Of a DNA stretch of 64,000 nucleotides, positions 1 through 13,422 are shown in pieces. Within the stretch, counting starts at the first letter, position 1; each line of letters opens with the position of its first letter. Below the pieces are notes generated by a model. The model had not been told where the DNA came from and searched no databases. It was given only the letters and a program-made list of their open reading frames with translations. Source of the stretch: Ylistrum balloti (lineage: Eukaryota); contig NW_026782413.1 of the NCBI RefSeq assembly GCF_031769215.1, positions 310,001 through 374,000 on the forward strand, written 5' to 3'. Position numbers and translations under genes: made by a program.

Positions 1-695
1 CAACCACTTGAATTCTTGCATAACAAAACAATAAAAGTGAATATCTATCCAAAAATGTCACCTGAGACCTGTGATAATCTATTTATCATTTTGAAAGAAT
101 CAAGCAAGAAGAAATATACAAATGCTGTAACATTAAATTATTGATCTAGAGCAAGATGTTAGTACAGCTAATTGATCAGGTAGGTTCAAATTTGAGATAC
201 AGATAGCTGCTAATATAAAAAAAAGAAAGAAGAATTATAATTGAATACAATACAGGTAAACAAACTGTTCATGCAGTTTACATTATACTTTTTGCTAAGA
301 TTTATTTAAAGTTTTATAAATTGTAGCAGCAGAATTTGAATACATTGTATGTGCCAGTGATATGTCCATAAGTATTATACATATAAACTTATACTACAGA
401 ATTTTATATACATTCTTGTTGTTCCTGTTAACAGAAAGAAAATTCAAAATACCATTTATGAAACTAAATTTCCATATACCCAGCATCTTTGCTAAAGGGC
501 ACAGAGTTTTCTTAATCAGAACACAGACATTTGTGAGGTGAGTGATATAACAAGAGAAGCTTTTATGTATATATTTACAATAAAAATGAAAAGAAACTAA
601 TGAACTATGAAAACAGTATAAAATGACCATTTACTAAACTCTGACGACAACAGTGAATGCATACAGTGTATATCAGCACCAGTGGTCCCACATAC

Positions 696-3600
696 TTACT
701 TGCCCATAAGTCGTTTACGCTCCGAGCGACATGTGTAGGCACCATCATCCTGGTCCATCATGTCCTCCAACTGAGTCTGATCATTGGAGTCAATGGGTGC
801 TATGGAGATGTCACGCACCGCACGGAACTGACCACAGTTGTTCAAGTGCTCATTCTCGAGACGGAAGAAGTTCCACACAAAACGTCTGAATATTGTTGAA
901 AAAAAAAAATACAAAAAAATACAGACACCTTCCCAAATCATCATATTATCAGAATACAACCAATCACATAAAACTGTTATGTTCTGTCTAGTTTATATTT
1001 ATCTTAACCACGTGAAAACATTTTTTAGCTTTATATCACCCAACCTTTTCCTACTGGAAAAGTGTGAAATATCCAAGAGTTAAACTAAGCGCTGTAGACA
1101 CTAGCTACAGGTTGTGCTTGTAAAAGACTTGATGGATAATGCTTAGAAATATCAGCATGAATGTTGATAAACTTAATATATATTTTATTTGAAAATTTTG
1201 TTCATACTATGATAAAGCCTAAGCAAAAATGAATCTGTAAGTTTCCTATCAGAGACTAACAATTTTAACTCCAATACGGTTTTACCAACAGGAAACTGTA
1301 ACTTGACTTATCCTTGGCATATACAAGGTGTACATGTTGAAGTCTGTTCAAATCTGGGAACAGTTGATGCTTGAATGATCAACACTACCACTGTACAGCA
1401 CCTGATAACTTGATCACAATCAGAATCCTAAAACTCCTTAATCTTTCTACACCTTCCATGCTAAGCAGTCTATCAACCTTACCAGAGTTTCCTTACCTAA
1501 ATACTTCTAACAATGCCAGCAGTGTTTAATTACTGAAATACTTTTAGCAACCCAGCACTGTATACTGTAAATCATGAAGATTTCACGAATATTTTATATC
1601 GCAAACTTATCAATCACCTTTGCTGACAGATTCGCGAAAGGTGAATCTAGAAATTACTTTAAATTTGTGAATGATTGGCTAATATACATATGGGCACTGA
1701 TATCAGTAACTGAATCAGTATGGATGTCATCAAGAATTATTTCTGTACAAATAATCATGAAAGATTTAGATTTGCCATTAACTTTCCTTGCATATGAACA
1801 TGAAAATAAATCCTACGACAAATGTAAGTGATCTGCAGTATCTCAATACTTCTAACAACGCCTGCAATCTTTATCTCAATACTTCTAACAATGCCTGCAA
1901 TCTTTATCTCAATACTTCTAACAATGCCTGCAATCTTTATCTCAATACTTCTAACAATGCCTGCAATCTTTATCTCAATACTTCTAACAATGCCTGCAAT
2001 CTTGATCTCAATACTTCTAACAATGCCTGCAATCTTTATCTCAATACTTCTAACAATGCCTGCTATCTTTATCTGAACACTTCTAATAATACCATGAGTG
2101 TTTAATTACCTTAATATATCTAAAGATGTCAGCAGTTTCAACTTACCTGAATACTTCCGTGTTTAAATACCTGAATACTTCTAAAGATGTAAGCAGTTCA
2201 ACTTACCTGAATACTTCTAATGATGCCAACAGAGTTTTGAGAGCTTCCCCAGGAAAGTAGCCTCCCTCTCCTACAGACACTGTTATTGTCCAGGCAAACC
2301 TCAGCACAAAGTCTTCCACCACAGCAAAATAATAATAAGCCTAAACACAAAATAACAGCCACTGTAATCAACCCTATAACAGTAACACCAAGTACACCAT
2401 CATATTTTTCTGGATAGGATTGAAGGATAATTATAAAATAAAGAATTCTTTCACTTAAAAATCCATCTGTGAATCTAGTATCTCTCCATCTTAGTGTTGT
2501 GTGTGTCTGCCAAATTTTGTTTATACCAGGACCAGGCCAATGGAATTGTCAAAAGAATGCAAATTTAGAAATGTAAAGTTCTCTAGATATATAGTTAAAG
2601 GGTAAGTAAGGTTACTCTCCTGCCATTGACACTGATTACCCACTGCTTGTACAGAAGGAAGTAAACAAAGACACTTTAAGATTTGATGACAAATTGTGTT
2701 GTCCTCACCATTCTTTATAAGCATTATAAGCATTCACAACTTCTTTACAAAGAAATGGGTTTTCCTAAACATTCTACAGTAGGTACCTTGTAAGCATACA
2801 CAATCTCTTCACGAAGGAATGTGTTCTCCCCAGCATTCTTGTCTAGTAGACCCCAGTCCATCTTAATGTCCCAGGTAAGAGTGTAACAAGTACTGATGAC
2901 CGACGCCCCGATCCACAAGTAAAAGAATACGCTGGTCTGACGCTGCCCTTCTCCATACAGTTCTGTGTACCACAAGTACCAGGTCATGAGAAAATGACAT
3001 ATAATGTAAATACTGGTGACAAGTTCTTATTTCAGTCCAAAACACATCACTGAGAAAAATTTTCAAAAGATTTGTTTTCACAGTTCAAATTTCCAAATGA
3101 TCGGCTTATCATTGAATTAAAAAATCATCAATATACACAATGACAGGCATGAAGTAAATACTTTTCAAATATAAAGAAGACAGCCTGATTTCAAATGTGT
3201 CTAAAACTAGACATGTTGGAGCAACATGAATGCCAAACCGGCACTCCAGGAGTAGTTTGAAATTTTCAATGCTATTGGCTCTGTTAAAAGGTGACTAATA
3301 GAACAGCACTAACATCACACATCTTTGGTCGTAGAAATTATAAGAGTGTTTGCCAATGTTCTGACGATGGCTAGTCTGAATCAATCGGAGAACACATGAT
3401 TGACAGATAAACGATGTGTTTCTCATGTTTTTATGCCTAAACTATCAAGTGATGCTTTGGAAATGAGTGAAATCATCATACAAGCGATAGGATTTACTTT
3501 GTTTTCAAAATTCTGTAAATTAAACCAAATTAAATGCCATTAGCTCAATGGCGGCCGTGAACATCACACGACATCTCATTTATCTTTGATTGAATATCAT

Positions 3601-6600
3601 GGCTTGTAAGTATACGATTAAACTTTAATCAGTGTCTAGTCTTTAATTAACCTCGTAACACAGAACTGATAATTGCAGGTTATCATAAACCGATTGTCAG
3701 GTAGCACTTTTCTTTGAATGTGTGAAATTGTGTCGCGGGGCGAAAATACCTGTACAGTGCAGGAATATGTTCTGTTCGAATCTTGAGGTGTCAGTTACTA
3801 TGTTATCATAGCTTATGGTCTGTGAAAAAAACTTTGATACATCAGAAAGTTTGATTTATAAAACTTTGATTCATTAAGGGCTAAGTTAGTAGTAATATGT
3901 AGGAATAAAATACCAGACAAAAACTTTGATACATTGAGGAATTTGAATTATTGAAGTTCAATTCATAGAAGTTTGACTGTATATCTTTCCAAATTACCTA
4001 TCTGCACTTTGTACAGTGTTGAAAAAACTGTTGTGAAGAAAGTTGTAGAATATTTCCCAGCATTCACCAAATGAGGAAAGGCAAGCTTAGTGTCACGATA
4101 ACGACGGAGACACTGGGCAAATCGGAACCAAGCAGGAAGACAGCTTACAACAGCACGGATTCCATATTTATTCATAGTGCATACACCAGGAGCTGAAGTT
4201 GTCAACAACACAAATACTTGTAATTATATTCACAATACATAATAATCTGGACCTGTATCTATCAAATATTTTACAGGATCATTTAATGTTGTAACTACAG
4301 ATTATTTGCAATAATATTTATTGTTGAAACATATGTGTCATTTATTGTATAATTTAGTGTTGTAACTACAGAATATTCACACTATTAGTTACTGATGAAC
4401 TATATATCATTAACTGTATAAGTTAGTGATGTAACTACAAAATGTTCACACCATTAAACACTGATGAACCATATACTATTTACTGTATAATTTAGTGATG
4501 TAACTACAAAATTGCTGAGCTATATGTGTTATTGACTGTATGATTTATACTGTAACTACAGAATGTTCTCACTACTGATGAAACTCTGTGTTATTTACAG
4601 AATTATTGCCGTAACTATCGAAAATTTACAATACCATAAGATAAAGCATACTTACATGTACTTGAGAGCCAGTCGACTTCAAATGCATAAAAGCATATGA
4701 GGAATTCAAAGTCCAGTAGAACTGTTGATAAGCTGTTGAGCTGGTCAGCCAGCCAAAAGTCTGCAAATCCTACTTTGTAAAATGGTGCAAGAAAAATCCG
4801 CTTCTGAAGATACAAATCAACAGAGAGAAATTTGACACATATCAAATGAAAGAACTTTCTTACTGAAACAAGACGCCTAGAGGCCAAAAAGGTCACCTGA
4901 GTGAACTCAAAAATGGAATGCACAGGGACAGAAGAGTTTTACCTTAAGACCTTCCTATCCATGAAGAGCATTTGATTATAACATCTTTGGGTATGGATAA
5001 AAAATTTCAAATTTCATTCAATTTATCCTTTCTGTCATACCCATCAATCCCTGGGGGTCAGCAAGAGTAAAGCATCTTAAGACCCTTCCATCCATAAACC
5101 GTATTTCATTCTATTTGAGTATTGACAAGAATATTCTTGAAATTTATTTGACAATTTTTGACCCTTCCTCTCTTGCTCCTAGGGGGTGGGAACCATATAA
5201 TTTACAATTTTGGTTAACCTTTGGTCATTGAAATTTTCTGACAAGTTTCACTGAAATGAAATCAGTGGATTTCCAGGAGAAGTAAAAAAGTTTACATATA
5301 CAAGATGGACGACACCTGATGTAAGGGCATCTAAATAGGTACAGGAATACTTACCAGTACTGTGAGAAGCCACATACGTGAACTTTTATGAAGAATTGGT
5401 AGAGGATTGATGAGGAAGATCAATACAAATCCTGTCAGAGACAGTGGGAACACAAACGCTGGAATGTGGAGCGTATCACTAAAGAAATAACACAGCACAC
5501 TTATAGCCCATAGTACTGCCAACGAAGATGCCAGCTGTAAAGTAGTAAAGGGTTCATAACATTATACACAAAAACTACTTCTAACACCAGAGAGTCTATA
5601 ATTTTATTAGTTCCAGGGAATTTAATACTGATTTCTACCTCAAACAATAGAGACTCTACAGTATCATTGGTTACAGAACTGAATTTTACCTTTAACACAA
5701 GAAAGTCTACTGTTTTACTGGTTACAAAGAATTCAGTACTGATTTTTATCTCCAACATTAGAGAGTCTACTGTTTTACTGATTACAATAAATCCAATGTA
5801 CCTCTAAGAGCTGTTGATGAGAAAGATGATGTCGAGGATCAATCTCAAAGATGAGAACATGATTGACTCCTGATGACCGCCAGCCATATGTATTGATCCC
5901 GAGCAGGAAAATCATCTGTATAATTAGAAATATCCCTCGATACATCCGTAAGGCTGGCTCCCAGTTCTCAGAGTGGCCAGAGAAAAATGCTGAAACAGAT
6001 ATCATTAAATGCTAATGTGAGAATCTTTTGACTGATAATTTTTGCTTGAATACCTCATGTAACAATTAAGTTTCCATTCAGAACAGGAGGCCCAGAAGAC
6101 TTCCCCTCATTTTGTCAGACCCTTTCTATAAATGTCCTGTCACACAGGGATGCTCCAGAAATAACTGTCATATCATTACAATTCCTTCATGGGAGAAGGC
6201 TCTTAAAGATTTACCTCTCTTTCAATAACTGAGCCCTTTCAATTAATCCTGAGAAGTCAAACCCTTCATCAATTGCTGTGTTCCTTTCAATCAATTATTC
6301 CCTTTACTTCTCACAACACTCAAATCCATTTTTTATAAATAGCATTTCAAACACATAATCATTGTAACAGAGACTGTTACATATGTCTCCCACACAACAG
6401 CATACAGTTGTAATTGATGTACATATTGTTAAGTTAAGATTGATAAAATATCATGAAAATTGATCAATATTTGAAGTTCAACATGTTAGTTGTTAAACTC
6501 CATCCAGTTACTTTCAAGAAATGTGTCAAAAACCTCATGGAAGAAAGTGGAAGAAATTTTTATGTTAATGATCTGAGTGACTACACTTAAAAAGAAACTT

Positions 6601-9600
6601 GTTTATGGCTGGGGGTTCGAAGCTCAGGCGGTATACTTTTGATTTATTATATTTTTATGATTCATGTTTACATACTTACTTTCTCCTTGAGTCTAATATT
6701 TTTCGACAATGAAGCTGGTGAATACCAAACCATTTACTAAAATTATCATTCAGCACACAGGATTTTGTATGTTTCACCAAGACCACTGTATCATTTATCA
6801 ACCAACCTCTTGGCCAATTTTACGATACTTTAACAAAAAACAATTATAATTTCTTAGACACTGTTGCATTTTAATTGCACTCATATGTAAATACATATTA
6901 ACGATACACTTGCAAAAATAATGATACTAAGAAATGGAGCAAAATCAGTGTGAACAAACTTACCAGTTAGCACGAGAACCACAGACATCACTGAGAACCA
7001 TCCAAAAAACAGCCCCACTCGGAAGGTTGTCCATGGTGATTGCTAAAACAGAATTGTTAACACTTGATACTTATATTTTTAACAAATGATGAAATTACTG
7101 ACACAATACAGTAGACTTACATTTACATCAGAGGTGATTGTAAATGTAAAATCAGAAATAAAAGACATCTGTAAACAATTTTCTATCCATCATATCAAGG
7201 AAGCTTTCCGAAAACTTAACAGCAAATTAAGTCATTGGTGTTTTATGACTGCAATACTAATGTCCTGAACCAAATAAACTACCTTGACACTTGACTTTAA
7301 AATCAGAAGATATCTGACAACCAGGAAAGTCACCATGTACGGTAGACTTATTGACAGACAAAAATACAGGGACATCTGACTACAAAGGAAGTTACCATGT
7401 ACAGGTAGTAGTACAGACAGACAGATAAAGGTACAGGGACATCTGACTACAAAGGAAGGCACCATGTACAGGTAGTAGTACAGACAGACAGATAAAGGTA
7501 CAGGGACATCTGACTACCAAGGAAGTTATCATGTACAGGTAGTAGTACAGACAGACAGATAAAGGTACAGGGACATCTGACTACCAAGGAAGTTATCATG
7601 TACAGGTAGTAGTACAGACAGACAGATAAAGGTACAGGTACATCTGACTACAAAGGAAGTTATTATGTACAGGTAGTAGTACAGACAGACAGATAAAGGT
7701 ACAGGGACATCTGACTACAAAGGAAGGCACCATGTACGGTAGACTTATTGACAGACAAAAATACAGGGACATCTGACTACAAAGGAAGTTATTATGTACA
7801 GGTAGTAGTACAGACAGACAGATAAAGGTACAGGTACATCTGACTACAAAGGAAGTTATTATGTACATGTACAGGTAGACAAAGGTACAGGGACATCTGA
7901 CAGATAAAGTAGTACAGGGACATCTGACTACAGACAGATAAAGGAAGTTATCATGTACAGGTAGTAGTACAGACAGACAGATAAAGGTACAAGGAAGGCA
8001 CCATGGACATCTGGACATCTGACTACCAAGGAAGTTATCATGTACAGGTAGTAGTACTGACAGACAGATAAAGGTACAGGGACATCTGACTACAAAGGAA
8101 GTTATTATGTACAGGTAGTAGTACAGACAGACAGATAAAGGTACAGGGACATCTGACTACCAAGGAAGACACCATGTACAGTAGACTTATTGACACAAAA
8201 ATACAGGGACATCTGACTACAAAGGAAGTTACCATGTACAGGTAGTAGTACAGACAGACAGATAAAGGTACAGGGACATCTGACTACCAAGGAAGACACC
8301 ATGTACAGGTAGTAGCACAGACAGACAGATAGTGGTACAGGGACATCTGACTACCAAGGAAGTTACCATGTACAGGTAGTAGTACAGACAGACAGATAAA
8401 GGTACAGGGACATCTGACTACCAAGGAAGTTACCATGTACAGGTAGTAGTACAGACAGACAGATAAAGGTACAGGGACATCTGACTACCAAGGAAGTTAC
8501 CATGTACAGGTAGTAGTACAGACAGACAGACAAAGATACAGGGACATCTGACTACCAAGGAAGTTATCATGTACAGGTAGTAGTACAGACAGACAGACAA
8601 AGATACAGGGACATCTGACTACCAAGTAAGTTATCATGTACAGGTAGTAGTACTGAAAGACAGATGAAGGTACAGGGACATCTGACTATTAAGGAAGGCT
8701 AAGCTATGATAAAACCATGGATTCAGGTTAACCTACTAAACCTCCATACCACTTTATATTTGAATATGATAAGTCATACCGTTTCTCCTAGAGGTGGCAC
8801 TCTCAGCCTCTTCATTGCCTTCTGTCTGTTTCCTCCTTCAAGGTCTGATGTCACACTGTTCTGTAAATATAGAAATGGTAGACAATATTGTGACTGGACA
8901 CTGATAATACCTTGCATGGAAGGAAGACAGCACTCCTTAGTTGTATGAGATACCTCTATATTTACTCTTTTGTTATTAAGCTTTCCCAAATCTAAATGGT
9001 TAACATATTGACGTCATCATGGTCAATATTAGCTATCTCTGACTAGCTATAGTAAAGTGTAGTAAACTTAGCTTTGTCTGATTTTTTATTGCAAAGTTAT
9101 TTTTAACTGACCTTTTATTGTTAAATCAGCTATTTCTGGTTTTGAATTGTAACTTTTAATTTTTAATTGAAATATTTATTAAAAATGTCAAAAATGTAAA
9201 GCATTTGCCTGCTTTCAGCTCTTTCCTGATGAAACAGCCCACTTTCTTGTAGAAGGGTACAGTGTCTACATGAGCTTTCCTATACTCTCCCAACCCTTAT
9301 ATATATTGTATGCTGTAACACTTACCTCTGTCTCTGTGATAAGGTGGTCAACTTCCTTGTTGGTGTAGAAAGGGGCAGCATCTACATGAGCTTGTCTCCA
9401 CTCTGTACCCCTCTGTGTTGACATCAGCTGTTGAAAAAAACATATGTAGATTATTTCTAAACCTCAGATTATTTTTATAAAGAGATAATATATCATGATT
9501 TGATATTCTTCTGTAATACAGTGTATCTCAGAACCATTTGCATGACTGACCAAAGATTGTTCCACTGGTTTTTCATTATTGACACTTAATGCCTGACCGA

Positions 9601-12600
9601 CTTTAGCTTGTTCCATTCTTGACTCCAAATGCCTGACCTACCTCTGCTAATTTAACTTAACTCTCATTCTGAACCCCTGAATTCCCTGTCTGATCTTCCA
9701 TGGCAAGTTTAACCTAACTCATACCCTTTGATCCCTAAATGACTGTCTGACCTACCAAGGTCACTTTAACCTACCTCTTACCTTTTGATCTCTAAGTGTC
9801 ATCTGACCTACATTGGCTGGTTTACCCAACTTGACTTCTGACCCTTTTACCCTTGAATACCCATCTGACATACCTAAATGGTTTTACCTTCCTTTCATTT
9901 ATGATGCCTGAACTCCCTACATGGCATACCTAAGCTTGTTTAGCCTACCTCTCCCTTGACCTCTCAATACCTTACCTGGACTGTGTAACCTACCTTGTCA
10001 TGTTTTTTGAGGATCTTTCTGAAGCCTGTGAAGTTTAGTGTCTGGTAGTTCTGAAGGAGGATGAGTGAAAGGTAGAATTCACTGAAGGCCAGTTTGAGAT
10101 CATGGAGCTTTCGTGTATGGGCTACACCACTAACTTCCTTGTCCTTAAACAAGGTCTTCACACTAGCCCGTCTCTGGCGCAGGCCTACTGTTGATGGTTT
10201 GTGAGCATGCTCATGGTAGGCTTCCATCTCGGCCTTCAGACTAGCATACTTTCTATTGGCCTCGGAAATTTTTTCTTCAATAACAAATTGTATCTTTAAT
10301 TACAGAGAATTATTTCAACTTAGCTCATGCATTAAGTTATTCAATAAATGCAGTAATGAGTATTAAAACAATTATACATTATCAACTAAAAACTTACCAT
10401 AGAAAAAGGTGTTAATTTTAGCCAATTCCTTGTCACAGAACTGGAAAAATCTCTCATCAAACCTTGCCAGAAATCTCTGTATGATGGTCTGGTCCGTTAC
10501 TACAAAAAAAGAATTACTTAATATAGGATTAACTTAATTTCAAAAACACTATGGTATACCTGTCATAAGTCTTGATGTAATAATTGAATAAGAATTACAA
10601 AATCCATTTATCTCTGAACACTTTTATGAAATTCTTCAGGATACACATATATCTTATGAGACTTGAAAAGTTTGCAATATTTTTCGACGTTGTACAACAT
10701 CCAACAAAATCCTCTTTCAAATCAAACAAAAACAAAAGCCAGTAGGCCTGTCATATCTTATAAATTCAATAAAATTTGTATAGACATTTCAAACAAAGAT
10801 CCAAACAGGTACCAGGAAAGAAAATTAGCACTTAGAAATTAAACACTGTCAATCAACATATAATAAAAATTAATGAAAAGAATGTTTAATTTGTTCTTTC
10901 CGGTCAAATATTTTGTTTTCCTTAGTGTTAAATTTATTTAAGTATCTAGTTATTTTGGGGGCTTTCTTGTACTTATTTTGGAGTGTTTAGTATGTTTTAG
11001 TGTTTAGTTTGTTGGATATTTAGTTTCTCTGAATGTCTAGTTTGTTTTAGTGTTTAGTTTATTACAGTGGACAAGTTGTTGGTTGGGAAGGGGTTTACAA
11101 TAGTTCTGAGTCTGATTGAGTGTTCATCACTTTGATTAAGTTTCAATTTGAATATTCAGTTTGTCTGAGTGTTTCGTTTCTTTGGGTGTCTAGTTATAAA
11201 TTAGCTTGAATGTTTAGCGTGTGTGTTTACCTTCAGCAGATGGTGACTGCTCTTGTGCCTCATACAGCATTTCCTTCATAGCCTGTAAACAAATCCAATC
11301 AGTGTAATATTATGTAATCTATATTGTATCAATGGTTAAGTTATTCTTTTTCCAGGAACACGTCTAGTCTGTTTAATCTGAAATATACTAAGTGTGGTAC
11401 CAATCCATGCATATCACAATATACACTGATATAAATTTCCGCAAAGAGAATCCTTGTAACTCTTTATATCAGAACTTGGTCTCCAGCTCACAGATCTAGA
11501 ATGCATATACAGTCAGTCTTTGTTGTCTTGAAATCTGATGACAAGATTGTTAAATTAAATTATATTTCAAGTCCTGGTCAAAAAGTTCATACAAAGTCAT
11601 AAACATGCATAATTCAAAATTGGAAAACTTGAAAAACTTGATAACTAGAAATGAAATATTAGTCCTGATACCAGAAAGCAGAGTCTACATAAGATTGCTT
11701 CTCATTGTGAAGTGGTAATTCTATCCTATGGTTCTCATCTTTTCCTTGTTATGTACAATTAAGAACATAGGATAGAGGGACAGGAAGCTGTCTGCATCTC
11801 TTTGTAAATCTATTGCGAAGAAATTTGAGATATCTAGTCTTGCCGTGTTCTTGTACCAGATGGTTTCTCCAAAAGTACCCCCAATGTGTTTTCAAAATAA
11901 ACAGTAGTGGAAAGCTTAACAATTTTCAAAAATTTATTGAGCTAACTATTGAGACAAATAATTTATGTGAACTTTTGATTATTTTCTAAACAAAACTGAT
12001 GTTTAAGCTATTATCACTTGAAACACCACCCTTTACTGTTTACAATTTTCAGACAGAAATATGACGAAAATAATTCTTAAATAAATGGCATTAGAAAAGT
12101 CGAGTGGTTTTCTGTTTTACTCATGTCAGTTTTATGATACATTATTTCAATTTATCAGCATTACTTTTGTTACAAAAAATGATATTCACTTCTCGCTGAC
12201 CAACAAAATGGCTCTGAGCAGGCCAGTGCAAAGTCTACACTTACTACAGAATAGAAGTTAATAGGGCATAGATAGATAACATTAGATAACTCTAAAGAGT
12301 GGAAGGTTTGATGACTTCATAGCTCAGTGAGCAAACACCAAAGATAGGTTTCCACTGGGCCTAGTTTTTTCTTATGTTTTTGTATTACAAAAATGCCGTA
12401 TATTTTTCCACCACATCCTTTTGAAAACAGTTTTTGATTTGTGATAATTAATTTCAATAAAAGTTTGAAGTTTAGGATATTTTCATGACAGCAATCAAAT
12501 CAAAACATCGCCAATGTTGAATAACATATTACCTCATACTGGATGTACTGCTTCCTCCACTCTGGAGTGATGTGCGCACCAAGATGTTCCGCAAATTTCA

Positions 12601-12601
12601 T
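696..12601 (-). CDS. XPR1: Xenotropic and polytropic retrovirus receptor 1 / SPX-EXS phosphate exporter (spliced, 14 coding exons, about 660 aa)
   Basis: Minus-strand exons with GT-AG ends and consistent phases: 12533-12601 ([23 protein letters not shown]), 11231-11282, 10398-10499 ([17 protein letters not shown]), 9994-10274 ([22 protein letters not shown]), 9326-9427, 8780-8860 ([17 protein letters not shown]), 6964-7042 (WTTFRVGLF), 5802-5989 ([13 protein letters not shown]), 5355-5534, 4656-4803 ([13 protein letters not shown]), 3998-4192 ([15 protein letters not shown]), 2787-2962 (WDIKMDWGL), 2207-2340 (EDFVLRFAW), 700-885 ([27 protein letters not shown]). These are hallmark SPX and EXS motifs. 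The final exon is uncertain: read-through stop at 696-698, or a further exon such as 394-424. Confidence 0.97.
1828..2095. repeat. 33-bp tandem repeat (about 8 copies) in XPR1 intron 13
   Basis: Unit tctcaatacttctaacaatgcctgcaatcttta recurs at 1841, 1874 and onward; it explains ORFs 1788..2105 and 1828..2076. Confidence 0.95.
4285..4615. repeat. Degenerate ~60-70-bp tandem repeat in XPR1 intron 10
   Basis: Recurring tgtaactaca...actgatgaa...tactgtat motif, about 5 copies. Confidence 0.6.
4870..5340. mobile_element. Probable non-autonomous Helentron/Helitron-type (HINE-like) repeat remnant
   Basis: Begins gaggccaaaaaggtcacctgag, has tttgaccc...ggggtgggaaccatataatttacaattttgg blocks and ends gatggacgacacc. 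This matches the pattern I recall for mollusc Helentron-associated repeats; no library search was done. Confidence 0.45.
7310..8700. repeat. 67-bp minisatellite (about 20 copies, with variant units) in XPR1 intron 6
   Basis: Unit catgtacaggtagtagtacagacagacagataaaggtacagggacatctgactaccaaggaagttac; period 67 (8341 vs 8408). It explains ORFs 7232..8302. Confidence 0.95.
9200..9298 (-). pseudogene. Decayed intronic duplicate of the 3' part of XPR1 exon 5
   Basis: Minus strand reads [21 protein letters not shown] versus exon 5 [23 protein letters not shown]. Shared nucleotides include aagctcatgtaga and ttctac; the donor is degenerate (AG|gcaaatgct vs AG|gtaagtgtt). Confidence 0.75.
11560..11940. 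mobile_element. Possible Helentron-associated interspersed repeat remnant
   Basis: Blocks such as tcctggtcaaaaagttcatac, catgcataattcaaaattgg and tgtaccagatggtttctccaaaag resemble the other dispersed remnants in the window. Recognised by pattern only. Confidence 0.3.
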
Positions 12602-13420
12602 TTTTGCAGGCTGTCTTCACCAACTACAAAATATTAAAACATCACCATCTAACTAGTCCCTCACAAGAGATCCTACGTACATAAAGCTGTACTATTGAAC
12701 AAGCAGAAGAAAATGTTGCTTACCAAATGTTGGGTGGAATTACAGTTAGCAACTTCAGGTTCTAAACAGAACTGTAAATATATCTCAAGTGGTATGTGTA
12801 TTAGTATTGTCTTCAGGCAAACTGTTTGATGTTAGGCATACTAGTCTATAGATATCTATTTGTGTGAACAAAGTTCGATTTGGGGCTATTTTGATACATT
12901 TTCATTTTATCTGTATATGATCTTTGGAGGAAACCCTGTAGGTATACAGCAATAAGGCAATATACTTTGTCTTCAACGCTATCGCTGGATGTAATCGAGC
13001 ACAGTAGGCCAATAGTAACGTTAGATCAAGTGTCGGTTGTACAATGTAAATCACGAGATACATTACTCACAATCGTAAAGATATTTGTCAAATCATCCAG
13101 ACGAAATATCAGCGGATCATGTTCGTCATTCGGACTCTAATGACACAGAGCAATCGACTGCAGTACCTCGGCATCCATATACCCGTATAACTTTTGGTTA
13201 CTGTTCGTGTACTACGTCATCGATTGTGGGAAAGCACCTGAAGTGTGACGTCACAGGGTTACTACACGAAGCCAACTTGATAGCGTGTACCAACAATGGA
13301 TGGAAGGTGTTTACGTCGGGATGTCAATTGGATTAAATTATCAGACGCATTCACGAAGACTTGAAAATGGATATGGACGTTATAGTAATTAAACTGTGTG
13401 TGTTTGTAAAAAAAGAAATG
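12602..13420. promoter_or_regulatory. Divergent (head-to-head) promoter and 5' UTR region of XPR1 and the orphan gene
   Basis: The ATGs at 12601 (-) and 13423 (+) face away from each other. CpG is locally enriched at 12960-13400 and there is a CCAAT at 13009-13013. A likely non-coding XPR1 exon ends at a donor near 12724 (TTTG|gtaagc), with the acceptor at 12624. Confidence 0.55.
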
Positions 13421-13422
13421 AA

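Noticed and set aside
7232-8302. Cys-rich ORFs ([13 protein letters not shown])
   Set aside because: Antisense translation of the 67-bp minisatellite in XPR1 intron 6.
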